Shown: positions 41,323 through 48,468 of the stretch, piece by piece | Position numbering within the stretch: position 1 is the stretch's first letter | How the letters are laid out: each line of letters opens with the position of its first letter | IMG/VR virus record: IMGVR_UViG_2925639251_000002 | Direction: 5' to 3' (one strand) | Source: a virus | DNA: 64,000 bases | The notes under the pieces: generated by a model | What the model was told of the DNA's origin: nothing | Seen by the model: only the letters and a program-made list of their open reading frames with translations | Databases searched by the model: none | Made by a program: the position numbers and the translations under genes

Positions 41323-41378
41323 AATATATAATTAATGCTTTGCTTTTTCAAATACTATTTCCAAAAGGACTGAGAATC

Positions 41379-42218
41379 GTGACTCAATTCGATAAACAAT
41401 ACAATTCAATTATAAAGGATATTATAAATAATGGAATCTCAGACGAAGAGTTTGATGTGAGAACCAAGTGGGACTCAGATGGAACACCGGCACATACTCT
41501 AAGTGTAATCAGTAAGCAAATGAGATTCGACAACTCAGAGGTTCCGATTTTAACGACAAAAAAGGTTGCCTGGAAAACAGCCATTAAAGAGTTGCTCTGG
41601 ATTTGGCAGCTGAAATCTAATGATGTTAATGATTTAAACAAGATGGGCGTACATATTTGGGATCAGTGGAAACAAGAAGACGGCACCATCGGACATGCAT
41701 ATGGATTTCAGCTGGGGAAGAAAAACAGAAGTCTAAATGGAGAAAAAGTGGATCAGGTAGACTATCTTCTTCATCAATTGAAGAACAACCCGTCTTCACG
41801 CAGACATATTACAATGCTGTGGAATCCTGATGATTTAGACGCAATGTCCTTAACGCCATGTGTATACGAAACTCAATGGTATGTGAAGCAAGGTAAGCTC
41901 CACCTCGAGGTAAGAGCACGGAGCAATGACATGGCATTGGGAAATCCATTCAATGTATTCCAGTACAATGTGTTGCAGCGCATGATTGCTCGAGTGACTG
42001 GTTATGAGCTTGGTGAATATATCTTTAACATTGGGGATTGCCATGTGTACACACGTCATATAGACAATTTGAAAATTCAAATGGAAAGAGAACAGTTTGA
42101 AGCACCTGAACTATGGATCAATCCTGCAGTGAAAGATTTTTATCATTTTACAATCGATGATTTCAAGTTAATCAACTATAAGCATGGAGACAAGCTTTCA
42201 TTTGAGGTAGCGGTTTAA
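41379..42218 (+). CDS. thyA: Thymidylate synthase (thyP3/ThyA type)
   Basis: GTG start gives 279 aa; PCV catalytic Cys, RSND, PFNVFQY, GDCHVY. Confidence 0.93.
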   Translation: MTQFDKQYNSIIKDIINNGISDEEFDVRTKWDSDGTPAHTLSVISKQMRFDNSEVPILTTKKVAWKTAIKELLWIWQLKSNDVNDLNKMGVHIWDQWKQEDGTIGHAYGFQLGKKNRSLNGEKVDQVDYLLHQLKNNPSSRRHITMLWNPDDLDAMSLTPCVYETQWYVKQGKLHLEVRARSNDMALGNPFNVFQYNVLQRMIARVTGYELGEYIFNIGDCHVYTRHIDNLKIQMEREQFEAPELWINPAVKDFYHFTIDDFKLINYKHGDKLSFEVAV

Positions 42219-42739
42219 TGCTATCTCTTATTGCTTGCTGTGATAAAACTCTGGCCATTGGACATCAAAACAAATTACTGTATCATTTGCCTGCTGACAT
42301 GAAACATTTCAAAGAAAAAACTGAGGGGAAAATATGTATTCAAGGAAGATCAACATACGAATCAATTATCGGTATGACAGGTAAGCCTCTACAGAATAGA
42401 AGGAATATTATACTTACTAGGGATCAGAACTTTAAGCCAGATTATTCATCCTTTGTGTATCATTCAATTGAGGAGGTCTTAAAGCTCATTCAAGGTCAAG
42501 TTAACACTGATGAGGAAGTGATGGTGATAGGGGGAAGTATGATTTACAAAGCATTCTTGCCCTACGCTGATAAAGTGTATTTGACAATTGTTGATTCAGA
42601 GTCAAATGAAGCAGATTCATATTTCCCAATGTTAGATGATCATTGGAAAGTGACTAATAAACAACATAATGAAGCCGATGAAAAGAACAAATACAATTAT
42701 TCCTTCCTAACTTTTGAAAATAAATATAGACAAAAATAA
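42218..42739 (+). CDS. dfrA: Dihydrofolate reductase
   Basis: AIG...LLYHLPADMKHFK, GRSTYESI, VIGGS, ADSYFP. Confidence 0.9.
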   Translation: MLSLIACCDKTLAIGHQNKLLYHLPADMKHFKEKTEGKICIQGRSTYESIIGMTGKPLQNRRNIILTRDQNFKPDYSSFVYHSIEEVLKLIQGQVNTDEEVMVIGGSMIYKAFLPYADKVYLTIVDSESNEADSYFPMLDDHWKVTNKQHNEADEKNKYNYSFLTFENKYRQK

Positions 42740-42863
42740 AAAATATGTATAATATAATAACAAGAGGTTGATGAAATAACAGTTTTTTATTTAAAATACA
42801 AAAACAAAAAATATGCATTTTGATAAAACTAATATTTTATTCAAACTTTAAGGAGGTGATTTA

Positions 42864-43214
42864 TTGGAGACGGGAAATAAAACACATGCATATGAAAAGA
42901 TAGCAGCCTTGAAGAAAAAGAAATACAAATTTGAAACAATGCAACTTGAAACACAGAGGAAATTGTTAAGACTTGAAACACAGCAAAACAAAGAGAAACT
43001 AGAAATTCTATTCGAACTTGGTGAAATCCTAAACCAGATAGTAAATGAAGAATGGGTAAGCTCAACTATTGCGACTAAAATTATTAACAGGAATAGAAAA
43101 GCATATCGGGATCTATTTTTGTTTAGGGAAAATAAAGCATACATAAATAAGGAAAAATTCAAAGAGTTAAATGATCAATTTATTCATCTGACGCAAAAAT
43201 TAAATGATATCTAA
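42864..43214 (+). CDS. Phage coiled-coil protein
   Basis: 116 aa, GGAGGTGA RBS. Confidence 0.65.
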   Translation: METGNKTHAYEKIAALKKKKYKFETMQLETQRKLLRLETQQNKEKLEILFELGEILNQIVNEEWVSSTIATKIINRNRKAYRDLFLFRENKAYINKEKFKELNDQFIHLTQKLNDI

Positions 43215-43226
43215 GGAGTTGGCGAA

Positions 43227-43967
43227 TTGGAAAATAAATTGCTGATTAATAATGCGAATACGGTATTTGAAAAGAAGGACGATAAATATTTCGGTTATAA
43301 ATCTCGTTTTGGAGATATCGTTATTGGCGGAGCATATTCTTATAGATTCGTAGTTCACTATGCAAAAACGAATCAAGACGTTGTTATTGTACCTGGCGAT
43401 GTAAATACGGTAACGACTCCGGTTTGTACGACGCTAGAGGAACGTTTATGGAAGCCAGAGAAAAGCGTCCAAGCCCGCCGTGATGAAATCGTTGAGCAGG
43501 CGAAGGCGGATATCGAAGTTTTAAAATCGCCGGGAAGAATGGTGAACGGAAATACTTCGGATTACAAAGTCAATCTCTTTGGTGCGAATGCGGAGTTCAT
43601 AGTAAATCGAGAAAAGCGGACAGTAGTCGCCTTATTAAAGGGAGCTTATAGCGGTACGGTCGTCTTAGCGCGGGGCATCGCCAAAGCCGCCCCTGACGAC
43701 TGCTTCAACGTTCATATCGGTAAAGCAATCGCGCTAAGACGTGCGCTAAGCCTGGCGGTGCCGGACGAATACTTGAACGCGCCGCAGCCGACTGAGGTTC
43801 GGGTGGGCGATTTTATATCGGATGATAGCGGGGTTCACAAAGCACTAGTTATTGAAGACGACAGTTGGCCGCCTTTTTCCGGTGGTGCAGCAATATACTT
43901 GAAAGATGCGCGTAAATACGGCTATAAAATCATCGACGACTCACGCGAAGAGGCGGGCGGTGAGTGA
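43227..43967 (+). CDS. Hypothetical phage protein with atypical (GC-richer) codon usage
   Basis: 246 aa; GIAKAAPDDCFNVHIGKAIALRRA motif. Confidence 0.75.
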   Translation: MENKLLINNANTVFEKKDDKYFGYKSRFGDIVIGGAYSYRFVVHYAKTNQDVVIVPGDVNTVTTPVCTTLEERLWKPEKSVQARRDEIVEQAKADIEVLKSPGRMVNGNTSDYKVNLFGANAEFIVNREKRTVVALLKGAYSGTVVLARGIAKAAPDDCFNVHIGKAIALRRALSLAVPDEYLNAPQPTEVRVGDFISDDSGVHKALVIEDDSWPPFSGGAAIYLKDARKYGYKIIDDSREEAGGE

Positions 43968-44143
43968 CGTATCATAGACGCCTGAAGACGACGGTGTTTA
44001 AAAAGTATAGCGGATATGATTGGACTTACGACGGAATGTTTGAAAAAACAAGAGTGAAAGGCAGTGATAAAAGAAAACGATCGAAACATGAGCGAACAAT
44101 CCGAAAAGTTATGGATAAAAAAGAAATTAGTTATTACTTTTAA
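43964..44143 (+). CDS. Small basic protein (59 aa), not in the ORF track
   Basis: GTGA overlap with upstream stop; MTYHRRLKTTVFKK... Confidence 0.5.
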   Translation: MTYHRRLKTTVFKKYSGYDWTYDGMFEKTRVKGSDKRKRSKHERTIRKVMDKKEISYYF

Positions 44144-44306
44144 ATTAATATAAAATCTGTATTTTAAAGAGAAGGTGCTGCAGTGAAAGAGTCGTTGAAG
44201 AATGATTTTCAAGAGTTTATGAGTATTGCAAAAAGCTTTCTTGCTGTTTCTGGAGCAGTCTTTTGGTTATTGATAATTTCACTTGTTTTTGCTGGGGGCT
44301 ATTAAA

Positions 44307-44495
44307 ATGAATCAATCATATAAAGTTAGTCTAGAAAAATTACCAATTGAAAGCTTAGAGAGACTGAAAACAGACATACAAAATAGAATTAATGATGGAT
44401 TGAGTACCGATAACAATGCATACATAAAAGACCAGAGAAGAAAACTTCAAATCGTTTTAGACGAGCTGATTAGACGAAGTACATTTGTTCACTAA
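44307..44495 (+). CDS. Small phage protein (62 aa)
   Basis: ATG 44307; its stop overlaps the RBS of the following mini-ORF. Confidence 0.6.
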   Translation: MNQSYKVSLEKLPIESLERLKTDIQNRINDGLSTDNNAYIKDQRRKLQIVLDELIRRSTFVH

Positions 44496-44509
44496 AGGAG
44501 GTGAATACA

Positions 44510-44548
44510 ATGCCAGTAGTACTTTATGGATTTGGAAGAGGAGCATAA
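44510..44548 (+). CDS. 12-aa mini-ORF MPVVLYGFGRGA ending in an arbitrium-type hexapeptide, no signal peptide
   Basis: AAAGGAGGTGA RBS (44494-44504), ATG 44510, TAA 44546-44548, followed by a hairpin. Confidence 0.7.
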   Translation: MPVVLYGFGRGA

Positions 44549-44553
44549 AAAGA

Positions 44554-44571
44554 GAGGGGAACGTTCCCCTC
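44554..44571. terminator. Probable bidirectional terminator between the mini-ORF and sspC
   Basis: Perfect palindrome GAGGGGAACGTTCCCCTC; T tract on the minus strand. Confidence 0.75.
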
Positions 44572-44576
44572 ATACA

Positions 44577-44789
44577 TTAATGAAATTGGCCATTCATGCT
44601 TTGTTGAGCTAAGCGAACCAAACGTTTTGTAATTTCTCCACCTACTGAACCGTTTGCTCGGCTAGTTGTCTCAGGCCCTAAGTTCACACCGAACTCAGAA
44701 GCAATTTCATACTTCATTTGTTCAAGGGCACCAGCAGCTTGAGGCACAAGTAATTCATTGCTGTTGTTTGATCTGTTTTGTTGAGCCAT
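44577..44789 (-). CDS. sspC: Alpha/beta-type small acid-soluble spore protein (70 aa)
   Basis: LLVPQA...[11 protein letters not shown]...[16 protein letters not shown]. Confidence 0.92.
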   Translation of the reverse strand: MAQQNRSNNSNELLVPQAAGALEQMKYEIASEFGVNLGPETTSRANGSVGGEITKRLVRLAQQSMNGQFH

Positions 44790-44833
44790 ATGATCATCTC
44801 CTAAAGTTGTATGTAAACAAGCTTGTTCAATTG

Positions 44834-44862
44834 TATTGTGTGGAGATGTTTTGAAAATATAC
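44834..44862 (-). promoter_or_regulatory. sigma-G-type promoter of sspC
   Basis: Minus strand GTATA-N17-CACAATA. Confidence 0.7.
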
Positions 44863-44889
44863 ACATTAATTTGAATAGAGGTGATTTAA

Positions 44890-44913
44890 ATGACTATTGG
44901 TCGTGGAGGATGA
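44890..44913 (+). CDS. 7-aa mini-ORF MTIGRGG (arbitrium-type peptide directly after Met)
   Basis: AGAGGTGA RBS (44877-44884), 5-nt spacer, ATG ACT ATT GGT CGT GGA GGA TGA. Confidence 0.65.
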   Translation: MTIGRGG

Positions 44914-44956
44914 ATTAACACACACTTTACCATGGGTTTAGATAGGGGGATACATA

Positions 44957-45292
44957 TTGTCACATTCATTTTCAATAGTTCTTAGCAAGAAGCTTCCCTT
45001 ACGAATGTTGATTAAACGTTGTGAAATCGACTTCAATATACAATTAGATAGACATAAACAAGTAATGGGATTCTCCTCTGGGGTACACGAAGACCTTGGT
45101 TTATTTCTAACTATAAGTTCAAGACAAATTGACTTTCGCTTTTTAAATAGTCAAAAATTCGTGGAAGCTCTCGGAAAAGTTGAGCAATTTATCGAAAAGC
45201 AATTCCATGATGAGACTGTAGGAGTTATTTATCATGACAACATGACAAGATTAAAAGATATTCCTACAATCAAAATTATTAATCTGAGTTAG
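44957..45292 (+). CDS. Hypothetical phage protein
   Basis: 111 aa, TTG after AGGGGG. Confidence 0.6.
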   Translation: MSHSFSIVLSKKLPLRMLIKRCEIDFNIQLDRHKQVMGFSSGVHEDLGLFLTISSRQIDFRFLNSQKFVEALGKVEQFIEKQFHDETVGVIYHDNMTRLKDIPTIKIINLS

Positions 45293-45498
45293 GTAGAGGT
45301 GAGTAAGCTCTAAAAAAAGAAGGTGATTAAGTTAAAAGAGTATACACATGGGTTTTTAAATGGGTTTTTATACGGTTGTATTTTTATACTAGCTTTCCTG
45401 TCTATTACAGTCGTTTTTGTTTTGTGTGTTGCATGCGGCGGCTATTCAATTTAAGGAAAATAAAATTCTAATTTTATTGAGAAGGGAATGACTCCTTT

Positions 45499-45720
45499 AT
45501 GTATGGAGAAGATGTTGAAGTTACACTAGATGGAAACATTAAGGTGAAAGTGTTTGTATTTTGCCTGCCTACCACATGTAAAGAGGAAAAAGAAAAGAGA
45601 GCACTATTAACTCTAAAAAATCTAATAGATAAAAGGTTGAAGAATGAGGATCTAAAATATTTGGATGTGCAAAGTGATTTTGTTTTAATTCCTAAAATGA
45701 TTGAAAACGGGGAGTTTTAA
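45499..45720 (+). CDS. Hypothetical phage protein (yot block)
   Basis: 73 aa ORF. Confidence 0.55.
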   Translation: MYGEDVEVTLDGNIKVKVFVFCLPTTCKEEKEKRALLTLKNLIDKRLKNEDLKYLDVQSDFVLIPKMIENGEF

Positions 45721-45722
45721 TT

Positions 45723-46082
45723 TTGAATAAGAGAATAAAGAAGAAGATTCGAAACAAGGTTGAATCATGGATTATTTTTAAGAATCCTAACGGGTCATAT
45801 AATTCACTGGGTGTAAACAAGTTTGGAGAAGTACCTTCACATGCACGTCCTTTGTATCCTGAATATAAAACCCTAGGAGAGGTCTTAAATTCATTCCCTA
45901 AAGGATTTTACTTTCCTTTGGTTGAGTTGGCAAAAGAAGAAGAAAACATGTTATTCTTTGATCATTATCCTACAGAGTACGGTGGCTGGCAAACAGGGAA
46001 TAGGGACGTATGGGGCATTTGGGGACAGAGATACTTATTGAAAAAGGTATCGGACGGGTGTTGTGAATACGTGTCCAGATAA
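45723..46082 (+). CDS. Hypothetical phage protein
   Basis: 119 aa ORF. Confidence 0.6.
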   Translation: MNKRIKKKIRNKVESWIIFKNPNGSYNSLGVNKFGEVPSHARPLYPEYKTLGEVLNSFPKGFYFPLVELAKEEENMLFFDHYPTEYGGWQTGNRDVWGIWGQRYLLKKVSDGCCEYVSR

Positions 46083-46114
46083 AATGTTGATTTTATTTAG
46101 AAAGGGGGACGAGG

Positions 46115-46792
46115 ATGGACAATTACCTACAAATACTTGACCAAGTTAAATCAATAGAAATGTCATTAACAACAAAGGAATTCACTGTTCAGATGATAAG
46201 TGATTACTTCGAAGTCCCTGAAGATACAATTAAGACAGTATTGAAAAGGAACATGAAAATAATACAGCAATATTCAGAAATAAGAACAGTTGAAATGAAA
46301 AAATTGAAACAGGAAGCAGCAATTTTTCAGTCGCCCAAATTTAAAAAAGTAAGAAGGCTATCCTTAGTTAATATATACGGTTTACTTAGAATAGGATTAC
46401 TTTTACGGAACAGCATTATCGCAAGACAATTTCAGAAAAACGTTGGGCATCTTGAATTACCAGAAAGATTTACAGATGTAGTGATTGGTAATGCAGAATA
46501 TAAAGCAAAAGAGAAAAAGTTAGGGGCGTTTATCAGTACAGCTTTTAAAGACGTATTCAGTATTGAGGAACAAGTGAAGTGTGGAACTTACTATATTGAT
46601 TATGTCATTGAAGAGAAGGTTGCTATTGAATGTGATGAGCATGGACATAAAAGTTATTCGAAACACAAAGAATTGGTTAGAGAAGAGTACATAAAAAGAA
46701 AAGGTTATAAGTTAATTAGATTTAATCCAGATAGTGAGGATTCAGTATTTGAGCTAATCAACAGAGTCTTTCTGGCATGTAAAACTACATAA
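46115..46792 (+). CDS. Putative DNA-binding domain fused to DUF559/Vsr-like endonuclease
   Basis: C-terminal YYIDYVI...AIECDEHGH...REEYIKRKGYKLIRFNPD. Confidence 0.7.
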   Translation: MDNYLQILDQVKSIEMSLTTKEFTVQMISDYFEVPEDTIKTVLKRNMKIIQQYSEIRTVEMKKLKQEAAIFQSPKFKKVRRLSLVNIYGLLRIGLLLRNSIIARQFQKNVGHLELPERFTDVVIGNAEYKAKEKKLGAFISTAFKDVFSIEEQVKCGTYYIDYVIEEKVAIECDEHGHKSYSKHKELVREEYIKRKGYKLIRFNPDSEDSVFELINRVFLACKTT

Positions 46793-46837
46793 AATCGGTC
46801 TTTTATTTAGAATAAAAATAAAATTAGTGGAGGTATT

Positions 46838-47050
46838 ATGTGTAATCGAAATGTTATTACAATTCCATATGAAGAGGATATGTCAAAGTATTCAATACTA
46901 CACCAGGTAGGGGGGCGAATTGAGTATTTTCAAAAAGAGTATTCACAATATCCAATGTTCGCATTTGATAGTGAAGAGGATTACAACGAATATAAATGCT
47001 TAATAATGCAGCTTAAAAAGAATAAAAAAGTCTCTAGTTTCTCTTTTTAA
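46838..47050 (+). CDS. Phage protein YotJ-like
   Basis: 70 aa, synteny. Confidence 0.55.
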   Translation: MCNRNVITIPYEEDMSKYSILHQVGGRIEYFQKEYSQYPMFAFDSEEDYNEYKCLIMQLKKNKKVSSFSF

Positions 47051-47133
47051 AAGAGTAGGGTATTGCAAACAACAGTTTAATATGCAAAAAGAAATGAACT
47101 AAATATTGCACATATGGGAAAGAGGCGAGAAAA

Positions 47134-47319
47134 ATTAACGAGGCTTATCATTCAATTCAAACACTGTTAAACAAGATGGATAGACAAATGAAGACAGTGA
47201 AGGAGGCCATTGAAGAAAAAGATTTGCAAAGAGCACATCGTAACTTAATTAACTTGGCTGACAATAATGAGGAATTAATGCAGGAAATAAGGTGGGTCAA
47301 AAAGGGAACCATATTATAA
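47134..47319 (+). CDS. Small coiled-coil protein (61 aa, YotK-like) with putative ATT start
   Basis: AGAGG 8 nt upstream; open to TAA 47319. Confidence 0.5.
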   Translation: MNEAYHSIQTLLNKMDRQMKTVKEAIEEKDLQRAHRNLINLADNNEELMQEIRWVKKGTIL

Positions 47320-47320
47320 G

Positions 47321-47602
47321 TTATTTGGTTAATTGTCTGCGCTCTTTAAAGTTCCATACATAAAGCTCTTCTATAGAGCAACCTATGGCATCAGCAAATG
47401 TCATTGCTGTTCCAATATTCATATTTGATTTAAAACCACCTACATAATCATTAATACGTTGTTTTGATAATCCAGTACGTTCAACAAGATCTTCAATTGA
47501 AACGCTATATTCATGCATGAGCTCATTGAGTCTTGAATCAACTGGTTTCCATTGTTTTTTCACTATGCACACCTCTTTCAGCAACGATTTTAGCACATAC
47601 AT
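47321..47602 (-). CDS. yotL: XRE-family HTH regulator
   Basis: SIEDLVERTGLSKQRINDY; paralog of YopS. Confidence 0.75.
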   Translation of the reverse strand: MYVLKSLLKEVCIVKKQWKPVDSRLNELMHEYSVSIEDLVERTGLSKQRINDYVGGFKSNMNIGTAMTFADAIGCSIEELYVWNFKERRQLTK

Positions 47603-47637
47603 AATTTACCTTCAATATAGATTAGGAGAGTGATTGA

Positions 47638-48237
47638 TTGGGAGCAAACAATCAAGGGAAAGTTTTTGAAGCGAACATTGAAAAATCAGCAGCAGATCAG
47701 AAGCTGTTCTTTTACCGGATTAAAGATGTTAATCCAATGTTCTTGAAAAGAGGGGCAGCAGTATCAAAAAACAAATATGACTGTTTCTTGCATTTTAACG
47801 GATACTTGTTCCCCTTTGAGCTTAAGTCGACAAAGAACAAGTCCATTTCCTTCAGTGAGAAGATCATAAAAGGGCAGCAGATTAAACATTTAAAAGAGGC
47901 AGCACAATACCCAAATATAATTCCTGGTTTCCTGTTTCAATTTAGAGAGCCAGAGAACAAGGTTTATTTCGTACATATTGATGATTTCCTTACATATAAG
48001 AACATAGCAGAAAAACAGTTGGAACATACATATAAGAATAAAGTTAACAAGTCCAGTATCCCGATAGCAATTTGTGAAGAGATCGGTACAGAAGTGCGCT
48101 GGATGAAAAAGAAAGTGAATTATACATATTATCTAAACAAACTTTGCGATGAATTGATAAAGAAATCCAAGTTATTGGACAACCCACTTAATTCATACAT
48201 TGATGACAAGTCATCTATGGGAGTGGTGCATCAATGA
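47638..48237 (+). CDS. yotM: RecU-like Holliday junction resolvase
   Basis: GKVFE, YDC, FELKST, HQ-like QIKHL motifs. Confidence 0.82.
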   Translation: MGANNQGKVFEANIEKSAADQKLFFYRIKDVNPMFLKRGAAVSKNKYDCFLHFNGYLFPFELKSTKNKSISFSEKIIKGQQIKHLKEAAQYPNIIPGFLFQFREPENKVYFVHIDDFLTYKNIAEKQLEHTYKNKVNKSSIPIAICEEIGTEVRWMKKKVNYTYYLNKLCDELIKKSKLLDNPLNSYIDDKSSMGVVHQ

Positions 48238-48380
48238 GCAAAAGAAGAGAATGCGCAGAAAACTATAAGGTAACCACAGTCATTAATAAGGATGTAGAAA
48301 ATTGGGTTGAGGAGGTGATATCAACTAAAGAATTTTATGATTTTGCAGCTACATTAATGTACAAGTATAAAAAAGCATAA
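48234..48380 (+). CDS. Candidate recombination directionality factor (SprB-like, 48 aa)
   Basis: Occupies the yotN/sprB position after yotM; ENY...EFY.FA..L pattern resembles recalled SprB. Confidence 0.5.
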   Translation: MSKRRECAENYKVTTVINKDVENWVEEVISTKEFYDFAATLMYKYKKA

Positions 48381-48468
48381 GGTGAAACAAGTATACCTGT
48401 TTTTCCCATGGTATACTTGTGCTTATATACAGACATAAAAGATAAAGCAATATGGAGGTTATGATCTA

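Larger units (their letters stand above)
2066..46805. repeat. Dispersed intergenic palindrome TAAAA-N6-TTTTA (then WNSRRA)
   Basis: Perfect copies starting at 2066, 3656, 4469, 5488, 6691, 7038, 7836, 12526, 26695, 27378, 28749, 29864, 31809, 39040, 42824, 44151, 45461, 46080, 46790; near copies at 5810, 10593, 30811, 40284; all at gene junctions. Confidence 0.85.

Noticed and set aside
41271-41378. Extended N-terminus of ThyA in the ORF track
   Set aside because: Overlaps the upstream gene; GTG at 41379 gives the canonical 279 aa
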